Part shown: one piece after another, positions 1-9,981 of the stretch
How positions within the stretch are numbered: the stretch's first letter is position 1
How the letters are laid out: every line of letters starts with the position of its first letter
From: an uncultured Methanobrevibacter sp.
Lineage (GTDB): Archaea > Methanobacteriota > Methanobacteria > Methanobacteriales > Methanobacteriaceae
Length of the DNA: 48,976 bases
NCBI GenBank assembly: GCA_902782595.1
Contig: CACZNW010000022.1
Span: 1-48,976, forward strand
Direction of reading: 5' to 3'
Made by a program: the position numbers and the translations under genes
The notes under the pieces: model-generated
Database searches by the model: none
Told to the model about the DNA's origin: nothing
Seen by the model: only the letters and a program-made list of their open reading frames with translations

Positions 1-16
1 AATTTTTAATTTTTTT

Positions 17-89
<73 letters not shown>

Positions 90-122
90 TTTTTTTAAAT
101 AAGATATAATCGTGATTATATT

Positions 123-1205
123 ATGTTGTTGATTGCTCAAAACCACTTACAATTAATTGTAGAAGTAGCAATAATGCTATTTGTTATATGGGTATTTGCA
201 TTAAACCTAATCCCTTTATCACTTAGTGTTGTGACTTTTTTATCTTTGTTTATTATGGGTGGTTTTACATTAATTTTTGGTGCAGACATTGCTCTTTTGG
301 TAATATCTTCGAGTCAGGCAGAATTTACTCACCCTTTTGGTCCGATTGCACTTTTGGGTACTGTCGCCGCTTTGGCATCGCTGAAAGTAATGAAGGAATC
401 GGGTGTGGACATAAGACCCCTTAGAAGATTTGTGATTATTTTCCTTGTTGGAATTACAATATTCGGAGGATTGATGCACAGGTCATTTTTAGTATTATGG
501 GTAATCGGATTATTCTTCGGTTATCTGATAATTTCAAAATCCTTCAGAGAAAAATCAGTATTCACTGCTAAAAGGATTTTATCATTCTTGGGAGTTATTG
601 CAGTAGGTTTTGTTCTTCTGGAAGTTGTTGCAAGAGTATCCGGAATGACAATTTTCTCACCATTATTAAGATTAGGAAGGATTGAGCAGTATTCTCTTTC
701 AAGTATTAAAACGGTTTTAAGTAATATTCAACTAATCGGTCACAATGCAAACGCATCCTACTGGGGAGCAGAAGGTACGGCATTTGCTGAAGGATACATT
801 ACACTGCCGATGCAGTTTGTGTTATTCTTCGGACTTCCTTTCCCGATGTTTTTCGGTATACTGGTCAACCAGAAGGATACAATCGACTATATGCTTCCGG
901 GAATATTCGGATATGGTTTTGACTTTGGAATATTGGGACTGGTCGGTTTGGCCATATTTGTGGTCGGCACAATTATCATCGGATTTGAAGTATTGAAAAG
1001 ATACCGTGAAAGAAGAGAGAAAAACAATAAAAAATATCTTGGTAGAGAAGTATTATTAACCGGTGCTTTGGCATCATTCTGTGCACAGGCATTAATAGGA
1101 ATGTTTGTATTTAACAGAACTATCAATGGTATGGCACTTTTAACATTTATTTTTGTAGGTACATTGATTCTGGCCAATGTAGTTACACTTAAAACAAGAT
1201 CCTAG
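123..1205 (+). CDS. Polytopic membrane protein of unknown function (possibly O-antigen ligase/GT-C-like fold)
   Basis: 360 aa ORF with many hydrophobic segments; first gene of a tightly spaced run ending in methionine synthase. Confidence 0.8.
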   Translation: MLLIAQNHLQLIVEVAIMLFVIWVFALNLIPLSLSVVTFLSLFIMGGFTLIFGADIALLVISSSQAEFTHPFGPIALLGTVAALASLKVMKESGVDIRPLRRFVIIFLVGITIFGGLMHRSFLVLWVIGLFFGYLIISKSFREKSVFTAKRILSFLGVIAVGFVLLEVVARVSGMTIFSPLLRLGRIEQYSLSSIKTVLSNIQLIGHNANASYWGAEGTAFAEGYITLPMQFVLFFGLPFPMFFGILVNQKDTIDYMLPGIFGYGFDFGILGLVGLAIFVVGTIIIGFEVLKRYRERREKNNKKYLGREVLLTGALASFCAQALIGMFVFNRTINGMALLTFIFVGTLILANVVTLKTRS

Positions 1206-1217
1206 AGGTATTATTTT

Positions 1218-1676
1218 ATGAAAGCTTTGGTTTTACTTGGATGTCCCGAGACTCCATCCCAAACTCCGATGGCAGTTTATGTTTTCAGTAAATTAACAAA
1301 GATGGGCTATGATGTTGTCATAGCGGCAAACCCTGCAGCGGCAAAACTTGTTAAAATATCAGACCCTGAAGAATTGTATAATCTCTGCATTGTCGATTTG
1401 GAGAGAACATTAGGTGAAATTAAACAGGGAGATTATGACCTGCTGGTCGGTTTTGTTCATAAGGATGCTGCAGCATCATTTTTTGTAACATTTGAACAGA
1501 TTTTACAATGCAGATCTCTTGCACTGGTATTTTCAAGAGATGCAGATGAAGTTGAAGAGTTTGTTAACCTTATAGATGAAAGCGGAAGCAATGCTTTAAT
1601 TGCTGCAGTAAGAGCTTTCCATAATCCTTCACCGATTAAAGTTAAATTTGACAGAGCAATCAAGGAGTTTGAATAA
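1218..1676 (+). CDS. DUF1890 family protein (methanogen-associated, MTH777-like)
   Basis: N-terminal MKALVLLGCPETPSQTP and AFHNP motifs recognised; GAGGT RBS upstream. Confidence 0.85.
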   Translation: MKALVLLGCPETPSQTPMAVYVFSKLTKMGYDVVIAANPAAAKLVKISDPEELYNLCIVDLERTLGEIKQGDYDLLVGFVHKDAAASFFVTFEQILQCRSLALVFSRDADEVEEFVNLIDESGSNALIAAVRAFHNPSPIKVKFDRAIKEFE

Positions 1677-1678
1677 AA

Positions 1679-1987
1679 ATGTCTTTTTGTCTAGATACTT
1701 ACCTTCAGCAATCCGATAATTATGAGATTCATGCTTCAAAAGCAGGTTTTAAAGACTGTGCAATGATTATAAGATTCAAAGCAGATGATCTGGTTTATAT
1801 TAAACCTGGAGATGAAGTTTTAGGAGTTAGAGTCATTGGCATACCTCCGATTCCAATCGGATTTGACCATAAAAAGGGAACAGTCTTTTTACCCTACACC
1901 AAACCGTGTCACGGAACTTCAGTAGTTGAACTTCCGATTGATGAAGAAGAAGTCGAAAAAATCAGAAAACTTGACACCGGTAAGTAA
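1679..1987 (+). CDS. DUF1894 family protein (MTH776-like)
   Basis: GVRVIGIPPIPIG and PYTKPCHGT motifs; follows the DUF1890 gene. Confidence 0.85.
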   Translation: MSFCLDTYLQQSDNYEIHASKAGFKDCAMIIRFKADDLVYIKPGDEVLGVRVIGIPPIPIGFDHKKGTVFLPYTKPCHGTSVVELPIDEEEVEKIRKLDTGK

Positions 1988-1988
1988 A

Positions 1989-2933
1989 ATGAAATCTACA
2001 GTTGTTGGAAGCTATCCGGTAGAACTCAGTGAACCTTCTTCATTCAAAGATAAACTGTTGAATGCTATTGGAGCTTATGACCCATTTAAGCAGGCAATTA
2101 AAACAAGCGTCATGGCTCAACTTGATGCGGGAGTAGATATTATATCGGACGGTCAGGTTAGAGGGGACATGGTTTCTATTTTTACACAATTCATTCCCGG
2201 AATGAAAATTGTTGACGGAAATACTGAAATTGTCTCAAAAATCAGAAATCCCACTAGGGAAATCTCAGTTAATGACCTGAAGTATGCAAAAAAAGTCATG
2301 AGTGAATATTATGGCGGTAAAATCCCAGAAGGAAAAGGAATAAAAGGAATCATTACCGGTCCGAATACGATTGTTCACTCTTCAAGAATCCGTTCTTTTT
2401 ACAAAAATAAGGAAGACGCAATAATCGACCTTGCCCACTCATTAAAATTTGAAGTGGATGCCATTGAAAAGAATGCATCCCCGATTTACATTCAAATTGA
2501 TGAACCGTTTTTATCCACAGGAATGGTGGATATGAAAACCGCACGTGAAGCCATTGATATCATTAGGGACGGTATGAACATACCCCTTGCAATGCATGTC
2601 TGCGGAATATTGTCCGATGCATTCAAGGACATTTCCAGATTCAATGTTGATATTCTGGATTTCGAATTTGCAGGAAACAGTGTTAACCTTGGAGTTTTAC
2701 AGAAAAATGCTAATTTGATATCTGGTAAAAAAATAGGATTCGGATGCGTTGATTCATCAGTAAATACCGTTGACAATAAAGGGGATGTTGATGAACTGGT
2801 ATTAAAGGCCATTGAAATTGTTGGAAAGGATAATCTGATTTTGGATCCGGATTGTGGTCTTAGAAGGGCACCGGGTGATGTTGCGTTTAAAAAATTGAAA
2901 CTAATGAATGACATTAAGGACAAATACAGTTAA
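1989..2933 (+). CDS. metE: Core (short, MetE C-terminal barrel only) methionine synthase, methanogen MesA-type methylcobalamin:homocysteine methyltransferase
   Basis: STVVGSYP, DIISDGQVR, KGIITGP, IQIDEP, Zn ligands HVC...E...PDCGLR; ATG at 1989, 1 nt after the upstream stop, is preferred over the ORF-track start at 1926. Confidence 0.92.
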   Translation: MKSTVVGSYPVELSEPSSFKDKLLNAIGAYDPFKQAIKTSVMAQLDAGVDIISDGQVRGDMVSIFTQFIPGMKIVDGNTEIVSKIRNPTREISVNDLKYAKKVMSEYYGGKIPEGKGIKGIITGPNTIVHSSRIRSFYKNKEDAIIDLAHSLKFEVDAIEKNASPIYIQIDEPFLSTGMVDMKTAREAIDIIRDGMNIPLAMHVCGILSDAFKDISRFNVDILDFEFAGNSVNLGVLQKNANLISGKKIGFGCVDSSVNTVDNKGDVDELVLKAIEIVGKDNLILDPDCGLRRAPGDVAFKKLKLMNDIKDKYS

Positions 2934-2955
2934 ATCCCTCTTCCGGTGATTAGTG

Positions 2956-3498
2956 ATGAGTGATTATTGCAGCAGATGCGGTGAAAAATTAAAGGAAGAT
3001 GCAGTATTCTGCGGTAATTGCGGTCAGAAAGTTCCGGGTAAAAACAAACGGTTTTCAAATAAACATATTCTTTTAATTATTGTTATTGCAGCAGCAATTC
3101 TTACCGTATTTTTATCAGTAAATCTCTTTTTAACCCAGACTCAGACAGTAACAGTTGACAATGTCAGATTCGAACTGCCGGCAGATTATGTTAAAGAACC
3201 GCTTCGAACCGATGTTAGTTATGATGAAAACGTCAAATCAAGTGCAATGGGGTGGAGCAACAATAAATATTATATTGAAATTGGTGTTGCAAAAACACCG
3301 GGTTCAGGATTTAACAGCGAAGAAGTCGCAGCAGGTTTGGGCGGAACACCCACTAAGATGTTTGGACATTCCGGTTATTACCTTGACTATGATAATGAAG
3401 GGTGTGCATTCATATTCGGTTTAAAGGATGAGGTATGCATGGTATATGTGTCTGATTACGATGCATTCGGTGATGTTAAGCTGGTAGGTCAGGTATGA
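2956..3498 (+). CDS. Zinc-ribbon domain membrane-anchored protein
   Basis: CSRCG...FCGNCG ribbon, one TM helix, then a probable extracellular domain; GGTGA RBS; start is either GTG 2953 or ATG 2956. Confidence 0.85.
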   Translation: MSDYCSRCGEKLKEDAVFCGNCGQKVPGKNKRFSNKHILLIIVIAAAILTVFLSVNLFLTQTQTVTVDNVRFELPADYVKEPLRTDVSYDENVKSSAMGWSNNKYYIEIGVAKTPGSGFNSEEVAAGLGGTPTKMFGHSGYYLDYDNEGCAFIFGLKDEVCMVYVSDYDAFGDVKLVGQV

Positions 3499-3515
3499 TT
3501 ATTAAAAAATATGTT

Positions 3516-3547
3516 AATAGGGAAATATTTCAAATCCCTATTTTTTT
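3516..3547. terminator. Putative terminator hairpin between convergent genes
   Basis: AATAGGGA...TCCCTATT inverted repeat followed by a T run, between two convergent stops. Confidence 0.55.
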
Positions 3548-4299
3548 CAACGATATTCATGTTTAAAGTTTTTATCATATAACTTAGATGCATTAAACTC
3601 ACCTGGGTCGAGGACATCTCCCACTACAATCATTGCAGTCTTTGTAATATTGGCATCTTTAACTTTTCCTGCAATATCCTCGAGGGTTCCTCTAATTATT
3701 TGCTGGTCCGGCCAGGTTGCCTTTTTAACAACTGCCACGGGGGTAGTTTTTTCATAACCTTCAAGCAGTTCATCAACAACCTTATCAATCATTCCAATTC
3801 CTAAAAAGATACACATGGTTGCATGATGCTTTGAAAAGCTGGCCAAACTTTCACCTTCAGGCTTTGGAGTTCTGCCTTCAGGACGGGTGATGATGACACT
3901 CTGTGAAATCTCAGGTAATGTCAACTCGGCTTCAAGAACGCTTGCTGTTCCAAACAGTGAACTGACTCCCGGAATGATTTCATAGTCAATGTCATGTTTT
4001 TTAAGTTCACGAATCTGTTCGCCGATGGCTCCGTAAATCGAAGGGTCTCCGGTATGTACACGGGCAACCAGTTTGCCTTCATTCACTGCTTCGGTAATTA
4101 TTGCATCAGTTTCTTCTAAATTTAAATATGCACTATTGTGAATCACACAATCATCTTTTGCAGGACATAAAACATCTTTATTTACAAGTGAACCTGCATA
4201 TATAATCACATCAGCTTTTTCAATGGCATTTCTTCCTTTAACGGTAATCAAATCAGGATCTCCAGGTCCCGCACCGACAAAAATAACTTTACCTTTCAT
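3547..4299 (-). CDS. cobM: Precorrin-4 / cobalt-precorrin-4 C11-methyltransferase
   Basis: FVGAGPGDPDLITVKG, YAGSLV, ARVHTGDPSIYGA, IPGVSS, ELTLPEISQ, SKLYD..FKH motifs of CobM/CbiF. Confidence 0.96.
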   Translation of the reverse strand: MKGKVIFVGAGPGDPDLITVKGRNAIEKADVIIYAGSLVNKDVLCPAKDDCVIHNSAYLNLEETDAIITEAVNEGKLVARVHTGDPSIYGAIGEQIRELKKHDIDYEIIPGVSSLFGTASVLEAELTLPEISQSVIITRPEGRTPKPEGESLASFSKHHATMCIFLGIGMIDKVVDELLEGYEKTTPVAVVKKATWPDQQIIRGTLEDIAGKVKDANITKTAMIVVGDVLDPGEFNASKLYDKNFKHEYR

Positions 4300-4396
4300 A
4301 TTTACTTTTTTATGTCAGGTAATATTTAATAATTTTGCAACAAAATTGACTTCAGTTTAGAGTAAACTTTATTAATATCTAAAATAATTAAAAAAT

Positions 4397-4789
4397 ATGG
4401 ACAACAGAGGTTTTATTTCAATAGAATATTTATTTTCATTATTTATTATCATGATTATTGCTTGTGGAGTGTTATTTTACGCGTCCGCATCAATATCATC
4501 AAGTTTGAATATTGAAGATAGTGTCACACACAGACTGATTCTGGATGATGTGGCAGATGTAATAAGTCATGTGAACTCAAACGGCATCGGTTATTCAAAA
4601 TACCTAAAACTGCCTTCTGATAAGGGATATTTCGAGATTACTGTTGATAAAAATAAACTAACAATGGAATACTCCGGAAAAAAGGGAGAAACAATGATGA
4701 TACTGGTAAACACCAATTCAAAATATAAACTCATCAGCGGAAAAAGCTATGTGGTTACAAAAACATCAGAAGGAATCGTGATATCATGA
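4397..4789 (+). CDS. Class III signal peptide (type IV pilin-like) protein
   Basis: MDNRG|FISIEY with Glu at +5, followed by a hydrophobic helix. Confidence 0.8.
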   Translation: MDNRGFISIEYLFSLFIIMIIACGVLFYASASISSSLNIEDSVTHRLILDDVADVISHVNSNGIGYSKYLKLPSDKGYFEITVDKNKLTMEYSGKKGETMMILVNTNSKYKLISGKSYVVTKTSEGIVIS

Positions 4790-5283
4790 CGGACAATAAA
4801 GGTCAGATTTCAGCAGAATTTCTATTTTTATTAGGTGTTTTAATATTGATTGTCATGCTGTCTGTTGTGTTTGTAGCACAGGAGTATGAATTGAATATTG
4901 CAATGGCAGCCGCTAGAAACGGTGCAACAGAAGGTGCTGCGGCTTTATCAGGAGGAATTTATCCGGAAGATACATTTAGAGAATATTCAACATCAAAGAC
5001 AGGTTTACTGTCTCCCTATTCGGTTGAAATCATCAATATTTCCTATGCTGATTTGGGACATGACATAAACTATGATAAAAAAAGAATACAGTTTAAGGTA
5101 TATGCAAAAACATCACAAAGGTTTAACAGTGATGAACTCGTCTCAATTGGTGACAGAATTAATTATAATTTAAGAAAATCACTTGCGGTGAGCTTTAATT
5201 CAACGGCTTCAACAAATAAACTGTACAATCCGGTTTTCTCCAGTCATTATGTTTACACAACAGCTAATGTTAAATGGGTTTAA
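4786..5283 (+). CDS. Class III signal peptide (type IV pilin-like) protein
   Basis: MTDNKG|QISAEF (Q+1, S+3, E+5) then a hydrophobic helix; ATGA overlap with the upstream gene. Confidence 0.85.
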   Translation: MTDNKGQISAEFLFLLGVLILIVMLSVVFVAQEYELNIAMAAARNGATEGAAALSGGIYPEDTFREYSTSKTGLLSPYSVEIINISYADLGHDINYDKKRIQFKVYAKTSQRFNSDELVSIGDRINYNLRKSLAVSFNSTASTNKLYNPVFSSHYVYTTANVKWV

Positions 5284-5299
5284 TTCCATAAAGTATAAT

Positions 5300-5680
5300 A
5301 TGACACGTTACGAGAAAGGTAAAAATTCATTAGAAAGTATACAGGGCAGGTCAGTTGAAGAAATCTTTAAGGATCTTGAAGATATTGCACCTGATTTGTC
5401 AAGATTTGTTGTTGAATTTCCATATTCTGAAATCTACACCCGTGAAGAGGTGGATTTAAAAACCCGTGAATTATGTACTGTTGCAGCACTCACAGTCTTG
5501 GGAACAGTTCCACAGCTTAAGGACCATATCAATGCGGCATTAAACGTTGGAAACAGTCCAACAGAAATTGTTGAAATAATCATGCAGATGAGTGCCTATT
5601 GCGGATTTCCAAAATCAATTAATGGAATAATGGCTGCAAAGGAAGTATTTGTCGAAAATGACTTGCTGCCATTAAAGTAG
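5300..5680 (+). CDS. Carboxymuconolactone decarboxylase (CMD/AhpD-like) family protein
   Basis: DLKTRELCTVAALTVLG, QLKDHINAALNVG, AYCGFP motifs; ATG at 5300 preferred. Confidence 0.9.
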   Translation: MTRYEKGKNSLESIQGRSVEEIFKDLEDIAPDLSRFVVEFPYSEIYTREEVDLKTRELCTVAALTVLGTVPQLKDHINAALNVGNSPTEIVEIIMQMSAYCGFPKSINGIMAAKEVFVENDLLPLK

Positions 5681-5687
5681 GATTTGA

Positions 5688-6005
5688 ATGACATTTGAAC
5701 CGGCAGTGGCCAGAAAACTGAAGGAAGAATTAATTGACATTATTAAAAAAAGAAAAGATGTTAATGAATATGGGATGATTGTGTACAAGTATGTTTTCAT
5801 AACTGAATTGGGAATGCCTCTTCAGGAAGATTGGGGAATTGAAATAATGCACGATTCGTTCATATTATATATAATTCCTGATAATCTTAAATTCAATCTT
5901 TTAAAAGAACTGGCGGATGAATTTAAGGAATTTGAAATTTCTTTCATGTCTAATTCCCATAATCTAATTAAATTAAAATTCAAATTGAGTGATTTCAGTG
6001 TATGA
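5688..6005 (+). CDS. Hypothetical protein
   Basis: 105 aa ORF in an operon-like run with host-like codon usage. Confidence 0.7.
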   Translation: MTFEPAVARKLKEELIDIIKKRKDVNEYGMIVYKYVFITELGMPLQEDWGIEIMHDSFILYIIPDNLKFNLLKELADEFKEFEISFMSNSHNLIKLKFKLSDFSV

Positions 6006-6366
6006 TGAAAAGGAAAAACGGCAACTGATGGATGATCTGGTTGAGATGGAAACATTCAAGCCAGACGTTGGAGATGAAGGAAAAATCCTTCAGGATGATT
6101 TGAAGCAATATTTCATTAATGGCAACGGCGATAGGGATGACCTGATTTTCAGGCTGGAGCTGTATTTCTATGCTTTCAAACTGTTCTGCCGTAAATCAGT
6201 AAAAATAGATAGAAATCAATTCATAGTATTTTTAAATGATTCATTTTTGGATTACCATTTGATAAATCTTGTTAAAAAAGATTTAACGGATTTTGAATTG
6301 GAAATAGAAGCCGTTAAAGATAATAATGAAGTGTTAATCAATCTTAATTTCACACTGCATTTTTAG
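5989..6366 (+). CDS. Hypothetical protein (start may be GTG 5998)
   Basis: 125 aa ORF overlapping the upstream stop; convergent 4-nt overlap with tatD. Confidence 0.7.
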   Translation: MISVYDEKEKRQLMDDLVEMETFKPDVGDEGKILQDDLKQYFINGNGDRDDLIFRLELYFYAFKLFCRKSVKIDRNQFIVFLNDSFLDYHLINLVKKDLTDFELEIEAVKDNNEVLINLNFTLHF

Positions 6367-7124
6367 ATTTTGAAAATTTTACGGGCATTTCCGGTGGTTA
6401 TCTCATCAACCTCGCTTATGTCCATATCTTTTATCTCAGCAATCTTAGCCACGGCTTTGGTAACATTTGCAGGTTCATTTCGCTCTTCTTTTGTCATTGC
6501 CAGATAAGGACTGTCAGTTTCAGTTAAAACATAATCAAGGTCTATTTTTTCAATCAAATCCTGGTGATGTTTGGAATAACATAACATTGTCGAAAAACTC
6601 ATAACGCAGTTGTCCATGTTCATGATTTTTTTGGCAGTTTTCAGACTGCCTCCATAACAGTGGAAAACAAAATAAGGTATGTCTTCATATTCGGGAATTA
6701 TATTTACCGCTTTTTTCTCACAGTCTCTAACATGCATTACAATCGGGACTTTATACTCATTGGCAAGTTCTAAAAATCCCTTGAATATCTCCTGCTGTCT
6801 TTCACGCAATGTTTTATCTGTAACATAAAAATAATCCATTCCCACCTCACCTACTGCAACGATATTGTCAAGATATTTTTTGATGTTGTCATGGGCAATT
6901 TTTATATCTTCCTCGGAAGCGTTCTGTGAACTGACGGGGTGGAAACCGAAAGTCGGATAGATAAAACCTTCATAATCCTTTGAAAGCTGCAGTACCTTCA
7001 TGTTACTGTCATTGCTGTATCCTGAAACGATAACATAATCCAATCTGTCCTGTGCTCTTTTAATGACTTCGATTCTATCGGGGTCAAACTCTTCAAAATC
7101 AATGTGGCAATGGGTGTCAATCAT
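6363..7124 (-). CDS. tatD: TatD family hydrolase/DNase
   Basis: IDTHCH, GFHP, AVGEVGMD, MHVRD, FHCY, LTETDSPYL, RNEP. Confidence 0.95.
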   Translation of the reverse strand: MIDTHCHIDFEEFDPDRIEVIKRAQDRLDYVIVSGYSNDSNMKVLQLSKDYEGFIYPTFGFHPVSSQNASEEDIKIAHDNIKKYLDNIVAVGEVGMDYFYVTDKTLRERQQEIFKGFLELANEYKVPIVMHVRDCEKKAVNIIPEYEDIPYFVFHCYGGSLKTAKKIMNMDNCVMSFSTMLCYSKHHQDLIEKIDLDYVLTETDSPYLAMTKEERNEPANVTKAVAKIAEIKDMDISEVDEITTGNARKIFKI

Positions 7125-7127
7125 ATT

Positions 7128-7892
7128 TTAAACTCCAAATCTTCTCTCACGTTCCTGATATGACCTGATTGCTCTTATGAAATCAACTTTTCTAAGTTCA
7201 GGCCATAAAGTTTCACAGAAATATAATTCGGAATAGGAGGACTGCCATAATAGAAATCCGCTTAGGCGTTCTTCGCCGCTGGTACGGATGATTAAATTCG
7301 GATCGGCCAGTCCCTCAGTGTAGAGGTTTTTGCTTACAAGATCTTCGTCAACATCATCAATTGTGATTTTACCGTCCTGCACGTCTGCAATTATTTTTTT
7401 GAATGAATCGATTATTTCCAAACGTCCATCATAACCAATAGCTATATTGAATAATCTTTTATCGTAATGTGCAGTAGCATCTTCAGCTTCTTTTATTGCT
7501 TCACGCACGCTTTCCGGAATCAACTCAGTTCTTCCAACCACTTTTACTCTTACTTCGTTTTTGTGTATTTTTTCATGGTCTACCAGTCTTTTGAAGTTTT
7601 TAACAAATAAATTCATTAATCCTTCGACTTCGTGTTCGGGTCTGTTGAAGTTTTCTGTTGAAAAAGCATATACTGTTATAATTTCAATTCCAAGTTCAAT
7701 ACTCCAGTCAAGAACCTTTTCTAATGTGTCAACTCCTATTTCATGTCCTTTAACTACATCTATATTTCCCTGAAGTTTGGAGTATCGTCTGTTGCCGTCC
7801 ATAATTATGGCAACATGTTTCGGCATTTTTTCCGGTTTTAAATCACGGGTAATGTACCATTCATATAATCTATAAAGTATATTCTCTGCCAT
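7128..7892 (-). CDS. uppS: cis-Polyprenyl (undecaprenyl-type) diphosphate synthase
   Basis: [45 protein letters not shown]. Confidence 0.97.
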   Translation of the reverse strand: MAENILYRLYEWYITRDLKPEKMPKHVAIIMDGNRRYSKLQGNIDVVKGHEIGVDTLEKVLDWSIELGIEIITVYAFSTENFNRPEHEVEGLMNLFVKNFKRLVDHEKIHKNEVRVKVVGRTELIPESVREAIKEAEDATAHYDKRLFNIAIGYDGRLEIIDSFKKIIADVQDGKITIDDVDEDLVSKNLYTEGLADPNLIIRTSGEERLSGFLLWQSSYSELYFCETLWPELRKVDFIRAIRSYQERERRFGV

Positions 7893-7901
7893 TTTTATCC
7901 C

Positions 7902-8615
7902 TTATTTTGACAAATCATTAGCTAATATTAAACTACGGACATAACCATCAATACTCTGGTCTCGACTTGTATCGATGTAAACTCTATCAATTCCAAAGGT
8001 TACCGCACCGTAACTTGGCCAGGAATTAAGCAGGACAAGTGTTCTAAATATTATATTTCCGACTCTTCCGTTAGGTGCTATGATGATGTTTGCGTTACTG
8101 TTTATTGCTTTTTCGATTAGGATAAAATAGTTTTCCACATCTTCCTGTGTGTTTTCTTTAATGAGTTTTGTTAGTTTTTTACTTTCTTTAATGGAATTTG
8201 ACACTTCTTTTCCTCGTCCAAAGTCGTCTTCTCTTCCTTCGGCAAGAACTGCAATTTTCGGTTTTTTGCCTACTTTTTTAAGGAAATCAATACAGTTTAA
8301 TGTGATTTCATATCTTTCCTCAACATTTGTACCCTCATCAATTCCAACAGGAGACAGTAAAAATTCATATTCTTCTCCGTTAACGTATGTTGCCCTTGAT
8401 AAATTGGGGTAGTGTCCCTTGAGTTCCTGCATAATATTGGACGCCGGAAGTGAACCACGGACTACTGCATCAATATTATTGTCTAAGACGGCTTTTACTA
8501 AGTCTTCATCACTATATATTAATCTTATATCCGTTTTTGGGTGTTTTTCTTTAAAAATATGACACGCTTGTATTATATTTTCATTTTCTCCAACACCTAT
8601 AGCTATTGTTTTCAT
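7902..8615 (-). CDS. mtxX: Methanogenesis marker protein 4 (MtxX)
   Basis: IDAVVRGSL, PVGIDEG, GREDDFGR, APNGRVGNIIFRTL, YIDTSR motifs; upstream of uppS. Confidence 0.88.
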   Translation of the reverse strand: MKTIAIGVGENENIIQACHIFKEKHPKTDIRLIYSDEDLVKAVLDNNIDAVVRGSLPASNIMQELKGHYPNLSRATYVNGEEYEFLLSPVGIDEGTNVEERYEITLNCIDFLKKVGKKPKIAVLAEGREDDFGRGKEVSNSIKESKKLTKLIKENTQEDVENYFILIEKAINSNANIIIAPNGRVGNIIFRTLVLLNSWPSYGAVTFGIDRVYIDTSRDQSIDGYVRSLILANDLSK

Positions 8616-8747
8616 TAATTTAATTATTTATATTTTATTATAAATTAAAGTTTTCTAATTTTTGCGGTTTTTGTGAAAAATTTTTAATATGATTAAAATG
8701 AAAAAATATTATTAAATTGTGTTGAAAATTTTTGAGGTTGTGATTGG

Positions 8748-9899
8748 GTGGTTTTTGGACTTAATGATTTGTCAGGCTACAGCGAGATTGATGAAGTTAA
8801 AATTCAATTGATTGAGGATGTATTTCGAAGTTTTCCTCAAACTGAAATGTTAAAATGTAATGGGTTGGATCCTGATTTTGATATAAGTGAAGCAAAACCA
8901 TGTTTTTTATCAGATAAGCTTAAGGTTAAACATTGTCCTAAATGCGGTCGTGAATATTCCATGTCCGAAAATGTCTGTCTGGAGTGTCTTGTTCTTTTAA
9001 GGGCATCTGATGAAATTGATATTATGGACATTGAGTCAGATTTTCATTTTGTTTTTAAAGGCAAAAATACATATGATGACTTTAACGGTCTTTTAAGTTC
9101 TGAAAACATGTTAAAAATCAATGAATTCAATTTCACTATCGACGATTTTTCACAGGTGTTGCATGATATCAAATCACAGGCATTTAAAAATTTTGACCAG
9201 ATGGTTAAAAGCAACAAAATAGATTTTGACAGCCTTGACATATTGGATAAAATAATTATTTTCACCAAGTCATTTGCGAAAGTCGAATACAAATCTTCAG
9301 GAGGACAGTTAGGTTATTTTGAAAGAAATACGATTTTTGTTGATGACAGACAAACCAAATCACTTCAAATCACTACACTGATTCATGAACTCTCCCATTT
9401 TTTAATTCAGGAAATCCTGATAGGGGTTATCTGCAGGATATTGAACTGTTCAGCCAATTCTTTTGTAGAATATTTAACCGCTTCCATACTGTCATATTCT
9501 TCCTTTACTCAACTCATTGATGAATATGCTGCCCATAATGTTGAGGGAAGGTTTACGATTTTTGGTTTTCAGGATTATTCGTCATACAAACAGATTGAAA
9601 AAAGTCTCGACGGGCATATGACTCATGATGAAATTGAGATTACAAAATCAATAGGAAATACTTTTGCAATCAATATTAAAGATATTCTGGAATCTTTAAT
9701 CGATAAGGATTTGCGAAAAGACATTAAAGACCAGTTTATGAGAGATTGTCTGGACAGACCAAATTACTCTGCTCTTTCAATGGAAAACTGTCAGATGTTA
9801 AATGATGAAGGATTTATGAAGGCAATATGGTTAATTTTAAATGAGGGATTTGAATTCGCCAGTTCAAATGCCGATAAGATATTGTCCCAAATCAAATAG
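8748..9899 (+). CDS. Zinc-ribbon + HExxH metallopeptidase (ImmA/IrrE-like) protein
   Basis: CPKC-x10-CLEC; TLIHELSHF followed later by DEYAAH (candidate third ligand); GAGGTTG RBS, GTG start. Confidence 0.75.
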   Translation: MVFGLNDLSGYSEIDEVKIQLIEDVFRSFPQTEMLKCNGLDPDFDISEAKPCFLSDKLKVKHCPKCGREYSMSENVCLECLVLLRASDEIDIMDIESDFHFVFKGKNTYDDFNGLLSSENMLKINEFNFTIDDFSQVLHDIKSQAFKNFDQMVKSNKIDFDSLDILDKIIIFTKSFAKVEYKSSGGQLGYFERNTIFVDDRQTKSLQITTLIHELSHFLIQEILIGVICRILNCSANSFVEYLTASILSYSSFTQLIDEYAAHNVEGRFTIFGFQDYSSYKQIEKSLDGHMTHDEIEITKSIGNTFAINIKDILESLIDKDLRKDIKDQFMRDCLDRPNYSALSMENCQMLNDEGFMKAIWLILNEGFEFASSNADKILSQIK

Positions 9900-9981
9900 A
9901 ATAATTTATTAATGATTAAAATAAAATATTAAATAACAATCGCCATTTTTGTGTTATAATTAACTAAATTTAGCATGACTG

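Noticed and set aside
1926-1988. N-terminal extension of methionine synthase
   Set aside because: TTG start overlaps the DUF1894 gene; the family motif begins right after ATG 1989.
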